Below are positions 8,816 through 20,634 of a stretch of DNA of 64,000 bases, one piece after another. The position numbers were made by a program, and so were the translations under genes. Source of the stretch: Trueperaceae bacterium. Lineage in GTDB: Bacteria; Deinococcota; Deinococci; Deinococcales; Trueperaceae. The stretch covers positions 1 through 64,000 of the forward strand of contig OZ243913.1 of assembly GCA_965213705.1 (NCBI GenBank), in the 5' to 3' direction. Each line of letters begins with the position of its first letter. Positions within the stretch are counted from its first letter, which is position 1. The notes below the pieces were generated by a model. That model was not told where the DNA came from. It saw only the letters and a program-made list of their open reading frames with translations, and did no database searches.

Positions 8816-10354
8816 CTAAAAGTACTTTTGGAGTGCGTCCTGAGCCGGGCCGTAACCCAGGCCTGAAGCGCGAACCCACGCCTCCTTTGCAGCTTCACGG
8901 CGATTTTGGGCGTAGAGCGACCAACCCAGGTTGTAAAAGGCCCCGGCGTCGTCGGGAACGTCGTCCACCATCATCTGATAAACCAGTTCGGCGTCTTGGT
9001 AACGCTCGGACGCGAGGTAAGCGGCGCCCAAGTTGGCGCGAGCTTCGACGTTTGCGGGCTCGAGCTGCACCGCGCGCTCGATGTACTGCACCGCCGCGTC
9101 GTAGTTTTGCTGCTGGTACTCGGCCAACCCGGTCCAGAGTTGCGCCAAAGAATCGTCAGACCGGGTTGCCAGCACCGTTTCAAAGGTCTGCAACGCGCCC
9201 GAGTAGTCTTCTTGCTGGTAAAGGCCGCGCCCCACGATAAAGTTGGCTTGAGCGAGCAAGTCGGGGTCGGTAAGCGTCTCGAGCGCCTTTTGCGCGGTGG
9301 CGAACGCCTCGGCGTTGCGCCCGACCTGGTCGTAACCGCTCGCCAGCGCCAACTGGGCTTCGCCGCTGTCGGGCTTGATAGCGACAGCGTTTTCCAAATA
9401 CCCCAAGGCCGCACCGGGGTCGCCGTTCTCCAGGTAACTCACGCCCAGGTTGTAACGCGCCTGCCACGAAGTCGCGTCGGCGGCGGTCGCCCGCTGAAAA
9501 GCGCTGACGGCTTCGGCTTCACGGCCCAAACTGCGCTGCAACAAACCCAATTTGATAAGAATACTCGCCTGCGCCGCGGCGTTGCCGGCGGCCTGGGCGC
9601 TCCGCAGGGCGCGCTCCAAAGAACTCACCGCGTAGTCCGGCTGGTCGGCCTGAACATAAATGTCGGCGACGAGCGTGCTTACCAAATAATCCCTGCTGCG
9701 CGCTTCTAGGTCGGTGAGTTCGGGCAGGGCTTCGAGGCCGTTGCCCGCGTTGTAGAGCGCTTGACCACGCTGCAGGGTGAGTTCGTCGTCACCGGGACGC
9801 AGCTCGAGGGCGGCGGTGTACGCTTCAGCCGCGCCCGCGTAGTCTTCGACTCGCTCCAACTGGCCGGCCAAACCCAGGTAGGCGTTGGTTTGTTCGGCCG
9901 AACTCACCTCTGCTGAAGTCTCGAGGGCCGCGCGAAACGCTTCGACCGCTTCCTCAAAACGGCGCAGTTTGGCGAGGGTGACACCACGGTTGAAGTGGCC
10001 GTCAAACCGCTCCGGGTAGAGCCGCGCAACCTCGGTAAATTGAAACAGCGCGGCCTCGTAGTCGCCGCGTCCGTACTCGGCCAGACCCAGCCCAAAGTGC
10101 GCGTCGCCCGAGCGGTAATCGAGACTGACGGCTTCTAAAAAGCTTTTCTGCGCTTCGTCGAAGGCGTTCTCTTGCAACAGCGCGTCGCCCAGGTCGACCC
10201 AAGCGTTTAGGTTGCCCGGCTCGCGCTGCACGACCTGGCGCAAACCCGCCGACGTTTGCGCCGCCGCTACACCACTGACCAAGACGACCGCCAGAGCGAA
10301 AGCTGCCAGCAGGATGCTCAAGCCGCGTGAGACCTGAAAAGTTGTTCTTGCCAT
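8816..10354 (-). CDS. Exported tetratricopeptide-repeat protein
   Basis: SD GGAGG before ATG 10354, signal peptide, many TPR-like repeats (AHFGLGLAEY, ARYNLGVSY, AFYNLGWSLY). Confidence 0.9.
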   Translation of the reverse strand: MARTTFQVSRGLSILLAAFALAVVLVSGVAAAQTSAGLRQVVQREPGNLNAWVDLGDALLQENAFDEAQKSFLEAVSLDYRSGDAHFGLGLAEYGRGDYEAALFQFTEVARLYPERFDGHFNRGVTLAKLRRFEEAVEAFRAALETSAEVSSAEQTNAYLGLAGQLERVEDYAGAAEAYTAALELRPGDDELTLQRGQALYNAGNGLEALPELTDLEARSRDYLVSTLVADIYVQADQPDYAVSSLERALRSAQAAGNAAAQASILIKLGLLQRSLGREAEAVSAFQRATAADATSWQARYNLGVSYLENGDPGAALGYLENAVAIKPDSGEAQLALASGYDQVGRNAEAFATAQKALETLTDPDLLAQANFIVGRGLYQQEDYSGALQTFETVLATRSDDSLAQLWTGLAEYQQQNYDAAVQYIERAVQLEPANVEARANLGAAYLASERYQDAELVYQMMVDDVPDDAGAFYNLGWSLYAQNRREAAKEAWVRASGLGYGPAQDALQKYF

Positions 10355-10644
10355 AGCCTGTGCCTCCAAAAGACTTAAAACGCAGCCCACCGCCGAGTCG
10401 CTGTGCGCGTCCCAAAATTCCAGGTAAGTCTAGTACGCAAGTCCCCGCCGCCCGTGTGAAATCCCCCACGAGACGCGCCGAGCGCGTAAAGTGTGGCGTT
10501 TTCGCCCGAAACCCAGACCTGTTCAAGCCCGCGGGGCTCGAGCTGAGACTGGATTTGACACAGGCGCGTTTTTGTGCAGAGTTGATTTTGGTGATTCCAA
10601 AACACAAACGGCTTTTGCTGTACCGACTAGATTATTTCCCCGAG

Positions 10645-11745
10645 CTAACCCGCCGCGCCGTGGGTCAGCGCGAGCTGCCCGCAAGCGCCCCCGGCGTCCT
10701 GCCCGCGGCTGAAGCGCACCGACACCGACAGACCGGCCGCCTCGAGCAACCTCTTAAATTCGGCAATGCGCTCGCGCGGACTGGTGCGAAATTCAGACAC
10801 GCCCCAGGCGTTGAAGGGGATGAGGTTGACGTGGCTGTTCAAGCCTTTCAAGCGTTCGGCCAACAATTCGGCTTGCCAAGGCGCGTCGTTGACGCCGTCC
10901 AGCATCGTGTACTCCACGGTAACGCGGCGCGAGGTCGCGGCCTGCCAGTCGTGGAGTGAAGAGATAATTTCTTCTATTGGATACGCGTGCGCCGTCGGGA
11001 TGATGGCGCGGCGCGTGGCCTCGTCGGGCGCGTGCAAACTTACTGCCAAAACGAGCGGCAGACCTTCGGCGGCGAGTTTGCGGATTTTTGGCGGCAAACC
11101 TACCGTCGACAAGGTGATGCGCCGCGGCGACATGTCGAGCGCTTTCGGGTTGACAAGCGTGCGGACGGCGGCGAGCGCGTGGTCGTAGTTCAGCAGCGCC
11201 TCGCCCATGCCCATCAGCACGACGTTGCGGACCTCTTTCGGCGCAAACCGTTCGCCCCAGGCGACCGCTAAGACTTGCGCGACGATTTCGCCGCGGCTCA
11301 AGTTGCGCCCGAAGCCCAAACTGCCCGTCGCGCAAAACGCGCAGCCCGCCGGACAGCCGACCATCGACGACACACACACCGTCTTGCGGTCTTGGTAGGG
11401 CATGTAAACCGCCTCGGTCTGGCGGCCGTCGCGCAGGGTGAACAAGTAGCGCACGGAGGCGTCCCAGGAGGGGAAGCGCTCGGTTTTGACAAATGGGCTG
11501 ACGGTGTAGCTTTGCTCGAGTTCCGCCCGCCAGTCTTTAGGCAAATTCGTCATCGCCTCGAAACCCTGCGCGCCGCGTTCATAGAGCCAATTCGCGAGTT
11601 GGTCGCGGCGGTAACCCTGCGCGGGCGAGGGTGTAGGGAGGTTTTCGGGGGCCAGCTCGAGCAGCGACGGTTTGAACGCCTCGGTCTCTGTTTTGAGCGT
11701 GTTGGTGATGTCGATTTTGAGAGTGTCGGTTGTCGCTGCGTTCAC
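10645..11745 (-). CDS. rlmN: 23S rRNA (adenine-2503-C2)-methyltransferase RlmN
   Basis: Radical [22 protein letters not shown] and C-terminal GACGQL. Confidence 0.95.
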   Translation of the reverse strand: MNAATTDTLKIDITNTLKTETEAFKPSLLELAPENLPTPSPAQGYRRDQLANWLYERGAQGFEAMTNLPKDWRAELEQSYTVSPFVKTERFPSWDASVRYLFTLRDGRQTEAVYMPYQDRKTVCVSSMVGCPAGCAFCATGSLGFGRNLSRGEIVAQVLAVAWGERFAPKEVRNVVLMGMGEALLNYDHALAAVRTLVNPKALDMSPRRITLSTVGLPPKIRKLAAEGLPLVLAVSLHAPDEATRRAIIPTAHAYPIEEIISSLHDWQAATSRRVTVEYTMLDGVNDAPWQAELLAERLKGLNSHVNLIPFNAWGVSEFRTSPRERIAEFKRLLEAAGLSVSVRFSRGQDAGGACGQLALTHGAAG

Positions 11746-11804
11746 TTCGTCACTGTAGCACGGGGTTGAAAGCCGTTAAGTCGCTGGGACGGGTCTCCGG
11801 CGGG

Positions 11805-12317
11805 TCAGGCCGGGGCGGGGTCGGAGGGCAGGATGAAGAGTGGCAGGCGTTCGCGCAGCGGCTCGACCTCGCCGCGCAGCCGCGTAAACACTTCGGCGTC
11901 CAGGTAAGCGGCGCTCGCCCGGAACAGGCCCAGGTAATACTCGGCTATCAGCATCTGCTCGGCTCGGCTTAAGTGTTCGCGCTCGAGCCGCGTCAGCAAC
12001 TCCGTAACAAAGTTCTCGCGCGACTCTAAAGCGGGGCAGCCGCCTTGCTTGATAACCTCGCGCAGCACGACTATCGTTTCGTTCGGGTTGTGCCAAAAGC
12101 CGAAGGACAGTTCAGAGGTGAGCGCGTCGACGCGCCGCATCCGGCTACGGTACTCGCCGCTGCCGAGCAGTTCACGGGCCAAAGCTTGGCGCTCCAAGCG
12201 TTTGGTCGCGTACTCGCCCAAAGAAAAAGGTTTGCCCAGCGGCCGCAAAGCCCCGCCGACGAGCGCGCGCAGACGGTAAGCCAACAAGTAGTCTTGGTAC
12301 TCCAAAAGATGCTCCAC
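11805..12317 (-). CDS. Hypothetical protein
   Basis: Plausible globular ORF. A TAAACT -10 box lies 7 nt upstream of the GTG start. Confidence 0.7.
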   Translation of the reverse strand: MEHLLEYQDYLLAYRLRALVGGALRPLGKPFSLGEYATKRLERQALARELLGSGEYRSRMRRVDALTSELSFGFWHNPNETIVVLREVIKQGGCPALESRENFVTELLTRLEREHLSRAEQMLIAEYYLGLFRASAAYLDAEVFTRLRGEVEPLRERLPLFILPSDPAPA

Positions 12318-12446
12318 ACTTATAAGTTTAGCGGCGCGTGTGGGCCGGGTGTGGGGCGGTTGTTACGTTGCGCGTCCGGCGCTGAGCGGTATAGTTGAGA
12401 CAAAGCGAGACTCGAAAGTACGCCCATTCTTTAACGGAGGCAGTGT

Positions 12447-13697
12447 ATGCGCACGAAAAAGAAGACGGTCGGCATGGTGTTGGCGGGCGGCAAGGGAACA
12501 CGCCTGCATCCCCTGACCTGGAAGCGGACCAAACCGGCGGTGCCGTTCGCGTCGAAGTACCGGATTATCGACTTCGCGCTGAACAACATGATCAACTCAG
12601 AAATTTTCGGGATGTACGTGCTGACGCAGTTCAAGGCGCAGTCCCTGACCGAGCACATCCAGCGCAACTGGCGCTTCGGCAGTTTTTTGAGTGACTACTT
12701 CATCACCCTCGCCCCGGCGCAGATGTACTTGTACGAAGAACTCGGCGCGGAGTGGTACCGCGGCACCGCCGACGCGATTTACCAAAACATCCACCTCATC
12801 AACAACAACGAGCCCGACTACGTCGCGATTTTCAGCGGCGACCACATCTACAAGATGGACATTTCCCGCATGATAGACGACCACATGCGCAACCACGCGG
12901 ACGTCACCATCGCGGCTTACCCGACGACGGTGGACGAAGGCCAGCGCTTCGGCATTTTGCAGGTCGACCAAAACTTTCAAATCACCGAGTTCCAAGAAAA
13001 GCCCAAAAACCCCAAGGAGATTCCGGGCCGTCCGGGTTACTGCTTAGCTTCGATGGGCAACTATATTTTTTCTTACAGGGCGCTTTTAGAGCTGCTCAAC
13101 CGCGACGCCGCCAACGAAACCTCCGAACACGACTTCGGCAAAGACGTGTTGCCGATGGCGCTGCAAGACGGTTACAAGGTGATGGCCTACGACTTCGCCA
13201 GCAACCCGCTGCCGGGGCAGTTGGGGCCGAACACTTACTGGCGCGACGTGGGCACCATCGACAGCTACTGGGAAGCCAACATGGACCTAGTCGCGGTTAC
13301 GCCCGAGTTCGACCTGTTCAACGAGGCCTGGCCGCTGCGCACCTCGACCGAGTTTTCGCCGCCCGCCAAGTTCGTCCACGAAGAGGTCGAGCGGCGCGGC
13401 CAAGCTTTCAACAGCTTGTTGGCCGGGGGTGTCATTATTTCCGGCGGCACGGTGCGGCGCTCGATTCTGTCACGCCGCGTCCGGGTCAACAGCTTGAGCC
13501 TGCTGGAAAACTCGGTCGTCTTCGACGACGTGACGGTTCAGCGGCGCTGCACCATCCGCAACGCCATCATCGACAAAAACGTGACCATCCCCGAGGGCAC
13601 CCAAATCGGCGTCAACTTGGACGACGACCGGGCTCGAGGCTTTACGGTAACCGAGAGCGGCGTGGTGGTGGTGCCGAAGAGTTATCAATTCGACTAA
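12447..13697 (+). CDS. glgC: Glucose-1-phosphate adenylyltransferase
   Basis: [48 protein letters not shown] and YWRDVGT motifs. Confidence 0.97.
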   Translation: MRTKKKTVGMVLAGGKGTRLHPLTWKRTKPAVPFASKYRIIDFALNNMINSEIFGMYVLTQFKAQSLTEHIQRNWRFGSFLSDYFITLAPAQMYLYEELGAEWYRGTADAIYQNIHLINNNEPDYVAIFSGDHIYKMDISRMIDDHMRNHADVTIAAYPTTVDEGQRFGILQVDQNFQITEFQEKPKNPKEIPGRPGYCLASMGNYIFSYRALLELLNRDAANETSEHDFGKDVLPMALQDGYKVMAYDFASNPLPGQLGPNTYWRDVGTIDSYWEANMDLVAVTPEFDLFNEAWPLRTSTEFSPPAKFVHEEVERRGQAFNSLLAGGVIISGGTVRRSILSRRVRVNSLSLLENSVVFDDVTVQRRCTIRNAIIDKNVTIPEGTQIGVNLDDDRARGFTVTESGVVVVPKSYQFD

Positions 13698-13753
13698 ACT
13701 CGCGAAAGTATCAACCCAGCAACCGTAAGGCCGGTGACTATCGCTTTTTGGTT

Positions 13754-14000
13754 GAACCTGTGCAAAAAGTCTGGTGCTCAGGAGTGCTCAGCCGTTGCGG
13801 GTAGTCCCGCTTTCACAAATGTGGAGCACCAAGTCAGTCTTCCGTACACGCAATCCCAGCGCACTCCGAACGTTGGGATTGTTTCGCATTCGGACTTGGT
13901 CACCTTCGTTCGCAGTGTCCGAACCCCTTTGTGCGGCTTGGACGCCCTTGCGGTAAGTCTGAAACGTGGGGGCCGGGCGGTCTCAACCGTGGCGACTCCA
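13754..14000. other. Highly structured intergenic element (candidate ncRNA or MITE-like element)
   Basis: Five inverted-repeat pairs within ~150 nt, no credible ORF, and an IS-end-like GAACCTGTGCAAAAAGTC at the left edge. Confidence 0.4.
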
Positions 14001-14247
14001 AAACGCCGCAAACTTACGCGGCACAGCCAAAACCGAAAACGTCACACCCCACCGTTGACTTTGCCGGTATTCTGGCTCCCACAAGGATTTTTTCAGCCGA
14101 ATTTTCACGTCGGTTGGGGGTCCGTCCGGGCGCGCTCTTTGGTCCGGTAGCTTACAGCTTTTTCACACACCGGGGTGCTACTCTGACCCTACCAAAAACG
14201 TCTGTTGGTCGCTTCAGAATGGGGGCTGCAGGCTTAGGAGGAAGCTT

Positions 14248-16242
<1,995 letters not shown>

Positions 16243-16262
16243 AGGCTTGAGTAGTCACGCTT

Positions 16263-16295
16263 AAAAAGAGCAAGCCCTGGGGGCTTGCTCTTTTT
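16263..16295 (+). terminator. Intrinsic terminator after ftsH
   Basis: AAAAAGAGCAAGCC-CTGGG-GGCTTGCTCTTTTT. Confidence 0.85.
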
Positions 16296-16535
16296 GCTAG
16301 TCGCAGGCTCGCACCTGTACCTGAGCGCGGGCCGGCCTCGAGAACGCTCCCCTATTTTTCGGGCGGTACACCCTTGTTTTGTGTTCGCACCTGTCAAGCC
16401 CAGTAGCGCAGAACCGCCGTCTCTTGCACGAAGCGGAACGCCTTTTCTAAAACACCGAAGTTTGGCTGAAGCTCAGCGCGAGACGTCTTACGCAGTTTTC
16501 GACCGCGCCGAACCCGCCCCTGTTAGGATAAACGC

Positions 16536-18203
16536 GTGGCGGTCATCGACGGCAAATATGAAATTTTGTCGCAGCGCGCGTTGGACGAGGGCCAGACCTT
16601 TTTCAGCGCCACCGCGCCGGACGGGGCCGCCCTGAGCATCGTTTGGTTCGACCTGACGACGCCCCAACAAGAGGTTCGCTTTGAACGTTACCGGCAACTG
16701 TTGCGCACGCTCAAAAAGCAAGGTTGGGCGGCGCTTCACGAGGTCGTTTCGCGGCCAGGCGCGCACTACGTGGTTTGGTACGCCCCCGCACCCGGCCAGC
16801 AGTCCAAAGCGGCGGATAAAGACCTCGAGCACATCCTGCGCAGCCACGGCTACAGTTCCGAACAGGCCGATATTCGCTCGGCAAAAAGCGGGCATTTGGT
16901 CTACGCGCTCGCTTTCGGTGAAGCGGCAGCCCTGCCCGAACCCGCTTCTCCCCCCCGCCCGCGGGGCAAGCCTGCGGCGCGTCCACCGCTGCCACTCTGG
17001 CTGCTGCAGTGGGGTTTGGGCGTCGCGCTGCTGAGCGTCGGCAGCCTCTTTTTCTACACGAGTTTCAAGCTCGGCGTAAACGACGCGCTCGTGACCGTTC
17101 CCGAGCTGACAAGTTTGCCGGTCAATGAGGCGGCGCAGACGCTTTACGACCTGAAGCTCGGGGTCGAACCCAGCGGGGTCGCGTCGGACGCGCCGCCCTA
17201 CAGCGTGTTGGAACTCGCCCCCGCCCCCGGCAGTGAAACGAGGCCGGGCACGACCGTACGCTTAAACTACGCGCTGCCCGCCGGTCAGGTCGCGCTCGTC
17301 ACGGTGCCGCAACTGCGCGGCGCCGACTTCACCAACCAACTCGCGGAGCAGCTTGCGGCGGTGAGCTTGCGCCTGGGCGACGTCGCCTACGTCCACAGCA
17401 ACGTCGCCGAAGGCGTCGTCATCGCTCAGTCGCGCGAAGCCGGCACACAAACCAACGAAGGCGCGGCCGTCCACCTGCTCGTAAGTGAAGGCCCACGCCC
17501 CCAAGAAACGTTCGTGCCGAACTTAGTCGGTCTGCCGCTCGAGGACGCCCTCGCCCTGGCGCGGCTGACAGGTGTGAGCGTCACCGAGCCCGAGGAGCGG
17601 CCGGGCGGACGCTACGCCCCCGGCACCGTCTTGGCGCAGAGCATCGCGCCCGGTGCGTCCGTTCCCTTGCGAGGAGCCGAGTTGCGCCTGAGCGTCGCGG
17701 ACGGTGGAACCCCGCCCCCCGAGCGCCCCGTACCCTCGCTCGTCGGGATGAGCCGCGCCGCCGCCACGCGCACGGCGGCTGAAGCGGGATTCGACCTGGA
17801 AATTCAAACCGTCGACAGCGACACCGAAAGCCTCAACCTGCCCGAAGGCGTCGTCAACCAGAGCCCGCCGCCCGGCGGCGCGGCCACCGACACCACGGTG
17901 AGCATTTTACTCAACCAGCGGCCCGTACCCACGCCGCGGCCCGCGGTCACGGCGACGTTTCGCCCGCCGCAAGCGCGCACTTTGACCTATACTTTCGACG
18001 TCGAACGCGGTATTTCGACCCTCCAAGCCCGGGTCAAAGCCCTGACCGTGAGCGGCAAAGAGTACCAAGTTTTGGCCCGAACCGTCACGGGGGGCGAGCG
18101 GTTGAGCGGCACGTGGCGAACGAGCGAGCCAGGCCCCGTCACCTTCCAGCTTTTTCTGGGCACCGACCCCGAACCTTACGCGCAGGCCAGGGTCAATCCT
18201 TGA
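16536..18203 (+). CDS. PASTA-repeat membrane protein with degenerate kinase-like N-terminus
   Basis: Four repeats starting VPELT/VPQLRG/VPNLVG/VPSLVG after a TM helix. The N-terminus begins IDGKYEI. Confidence 0.85.
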   Translation: MAVIDGKYEILSQRALDEGQTFFSATAPDGAALSIVWFDLTTPQQEVRFERYRQLLRTLKKQGWAALHEVVSRPGAHYVVWYAPAPGQQSKAADKDLEHILRSHGYSSEQADIRSAKSGHLVYALAFGEAAALPEPASPPRPRGKPAARPPLPLWLLQWGLGVALLSVGSLFFYTSFKLGVNDALVTVPELTSLPVNEAAQTLYDLKLGVEPSGVASDAPPYSVLELAPAPGSETRPGTTVRLNYALPAGQVALVTVPQLRGADFTNQLAEQLAAVSLRLGDVAYVHSNVAEGVVIAQSREAGTQTNEGAAVHLLVSEGPRPQETFVPNLVGLPLEDALALARLTGVSVTEPEERPGGRYAPGTVLAQSIAPGASVPLRGAELRLSVADGGTPPPERPVPSLVGMSRAAATRTAAEAGFDLEIQTVDSDTESLNLPEGVVNQSPPPGGAATDTTVSILLNQRPVPTPRPAVTATFRPPQARTLTYTFDVERGISTLQARVKALTVSGKEYQVLARTVTGGERLSGTWRTSEPGPVTFQLFLGTDPEPYAQARVNP

Positions 18204-18260
18204 AACAGCTTCTCGAAACCGCCAAACCCACACCCTGCCCAACCGTGCAATAGTGAACCC

Positions 18261-19199
18261 ATGCCCGTTTTTGTCGTCGACAAACCTTTAGGTTTTACCT
18301 CGCACGACGTGGTCGCTCGAGCGCGCAAGCTCTTACAAACGCGCCGCGTGGGTCACGCGGGCACCCTCGACCCGCTCGCCGGCGGCGTGCTCGTGGTTTT
18401 AAGCGAAGAGGCCACCAAGCTCTCGCCCTTTTTGACCGCCTCGGAGAAACACTACCTCGCCTGGGTGTCCTTCGGCGCGGGCACGCCCACCTTGGACGCG
18501 GAAGGGCCGGTTACAGAGACGGCGGACGCTTCTCATCTTCGGCGAGAGGCCCTCGAGGGCGCGCTCCCCCCCTTCCTAACCCTGACCGAGCAAGTGCCGC
18601 CCGACTACTCCGCCGTCAAAAAAGGCGGCGTCAAGGGCTACGAGGCGGCGCGCAAGGGTGAGGCGTTGGACCTCCCGGCGCGGTCTGCCGGATATGAGGA
18701 GGTGCGGCTGCTCGAGTTCGCCCCCTCGCGCGACCGCCTCCCCACCGCCTTCAGCCTGACGCCGGACGGCGGTTGGGCACCCAACCCGCGCGGGTTGGAA
18801 GTGCCCCTGCCAGACACGCTCGGCGACTTTCCCACCGCGCTGTTTTACCTGAAAGTGGCGGCGGGGACTTACATCCGCGCCTTTGCTCGAGACTTGGGAT
18901 TAGCCCTCGGCGTACCCGCCCACCTGAGCGGTTTGGTACGAACCCGCGCGGGCCGCTTGGGTCTGGAAGAGGCGGTTGGGCTCGAGGACCTTGCCAGCAC
19001 ACTGGGTCTGAGCCTGGCCGCCGCCCTACCCTACCCGCTCGTCGCCCTGAACGACGAAGAGGTGGCGCGGGTGCGGCAGGGGCAGCGGCTGTCTTTAGTT
19101 CTCGAGGGCCGCGTCGGTTTGACGACGCCGGAAGGTGAGCTTGTGGCGGTGGCTGAAACGGTGGACGAACGGATGAAACTGTTGCGCGTTTGGTACTAA
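18261..19199 (+). CDS. truB: tRNA pseudouridine(55) synthase
   Basis: VDKPLGFTSHDVV, VGHAGTLDPLA, PPDYSAVK and GTYIRAFARDLG motifs. Confidence 0.95.
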   Translation: MPVFVVDKPLGFTSHDVVARARKLLQTRRVGHAGTLDPLAGGVLVVLSEEATKLSPFLTASEKHYLAWVSFGAGTPTLDAEGPVTETADASHLRREALEGALPPFLTLTEQVPPDYSAVKKGGVKGYEAARKGEALDLPARSAGYEEVRLLEFAPSRDRLPTAFSLTPDGGWAPNPRGLEVPLPDTLGDFPTALFYLKVAAGTYIRAFARDLGLALGVPAHLSGLVRTRAGRLGLEEAVGLEDLASTLGLSLAAALPYPLVALNDEEVARVRQGQRLSLVLEGRVGLTTPEGELVAVAETVDERMKLLRVWY

Positions 19200-19229
19200 G
19201 TTGGGCGCACCGAAGCATGTCCTAAAGTG

Positions 19230-20390
19230 TTAACGAAGCGGCTTGTACACCGTCAACTCGTCACCCCAAACTAAGACCTCGCCGTTGCTGAACTGAACCG
19301 TGGTGAAGATGGCATGGTCATCTCGTTTGGACGCCAGACTTAGCACCTTTCCCGTATCGGCGTCGAGCGCCCATAAAGCGCTGTTTGTGGCGTACACGAC
19401 GCCGTTGACGTATTTGGGGGTTCCACCGTAGGTAAAAGAAGTGTCTGGATCTGTCCTGGCCGTGTGTACCCAAGTATGTTGGCCGGATGCAAGGTCGACG
19501 CTGTAGACGCAAGTTCCAGAGCTAGGCGTGAAATAGACTTTTCCCCCACCGACCTCAAGACCAGTCACCATCCCCGCCCCGTCCACGCATGTGTCGAGCA
19601 ACTCCTCGGAAACACTCAAGCGTTGTCCCGTCTTGCGGTCAAAGGTTTGGATGGTGTAGGAACTTTCAACGGCTGCTATCAGCTTATCTCCATTAAGAGT
19701 AAGTGCGGTTGGGGCGTAGACGCCCCCTTCTACTTGCTGAGGTGTGGCGGTGTCGGCCTGCCACAACACGGTGCCATTCTCAGGCGCGAGCGCACGTAGG
19801 GCGCTTAGCCCTGTGTACTCACTGATACCTGCGTAGATGGTGCCTTCATCATCGACGGCAAGCGACCATAACGTTTTTTCGAAGTCTTTCCGCCAAACTA
19901 GAGTGGGCGCGCTCGGGTTGGTCATGTCATAGGCATAGAGAAACTTGTCGTTCGGCACGTACAAACGAGTTTGGAAAAAGAGGGGACCTGCACCGGCAAC
20001 ACCCTCGATCGCTTCATCAGGTAAGGGCGGGGGAACCTTGGCTAAAAGTTCGCCTTGACGAGACAAAACCAACAGCCCTGCACTTTTTAAAAAGATAACG
20101 GCAAGCTCATCATTGAGCGCGAACTGGCGGTCGGGTATAAAAGCGTTACCCACCGGGTAGCGCCAAGCAATTTCACGCTTGACCACGTCTACAGCTAGTA
20201 AGTAACGCGGGGAACCCTCACTGGGCTGAGTTGTTCCAATCATCAGATTATCTAAAAGAACAGTGCGCCCAGACCCGTTTACTGGCGCTGTCCAAAGGAC
20301 AGGTGTGAGGTTGGGAAAAGCGGTGAAACCTCCTTCGTCGCACCCGACCAACATCAGAAAAAGCACAACTAAGAGCCAAACCTTCTTCAT
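19230..20390 (-). CDS. PQQ-like beta-propeller lipoprotein (BamB-like repeats)
   Basis: Lipobox LVGC and repeated A.D..TG...W blades. Lower GC than flanks. Confidence 0.75.
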   Translation of the reverse strand: MKKVWLLVVLFLMLVGCDEGGFTAFPNLTPVLWTAPVNGSGRTVLLDNLMIGTTQPSEGSPRYLLAVDVVKREIAWRYPVGNAFIPDRQFALNDELAVIFLKSAGLLVLSRQGELLAKVPPPLPDEAIEGVAGAGPLFFQTRLYVPNDKFLYAYDMTNPSAPTLVWRKDFEKTLWSLAVDDEGTIYAGISEYTGLSALRALAPENGTVLWQADTATPQQVEGGVYAPTALTLNGDKLIAAVESSYTIQTFDRKTGQRLSVSEELLDTCVDGAGMVTGLEVGGGKVYFTPSSGTCVYSVDLASGQHTWVHTARTDPDTSFTYGGTPKYVNGVVYATNSALWALDADTGKVLSLASKRDDHAIFTTVQFSNGEVLVWGDELTVYKPLR

Positions 20391-20634
20391 CTTTGTCGGC
20401 CTACCTTTCAAGCTTAATCAAAACTATAGTCGCTCGAGCCTCTTTTTTGAAGAAGTGAACGAGTCTCTTCAAAAGGTGTCGAGACGTTTTGCGTGAAATC
20501 TGCGGCGGGGCTCGAGCCCCGCCCCTAGCGTTGTCCCCACACACGTGCAGTTATCCACACTTTACAAACCTTCATGCACTACACTGGAGCGTGAAAGAGA
20601 AGCAGCGTGAAGAAGACATTGTAAAGGAGACAGC

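Noticed and set aside
13754..14100. tmRNA, RNase P RNA, SRP RNA, group II intron or cobalamin riboswitch
   Set aside because: I found no tRNA-like ends, no GGAAAGTCC core, no SRP loop motif, no domain V and no complete B12 box. It is kept only as an unclassified structured element.
20531..20559. Replication origin
   Set aside because: Only two DnaA-like boxes, with no AT-rich unwinding element or dnaA/dnaN nearby.
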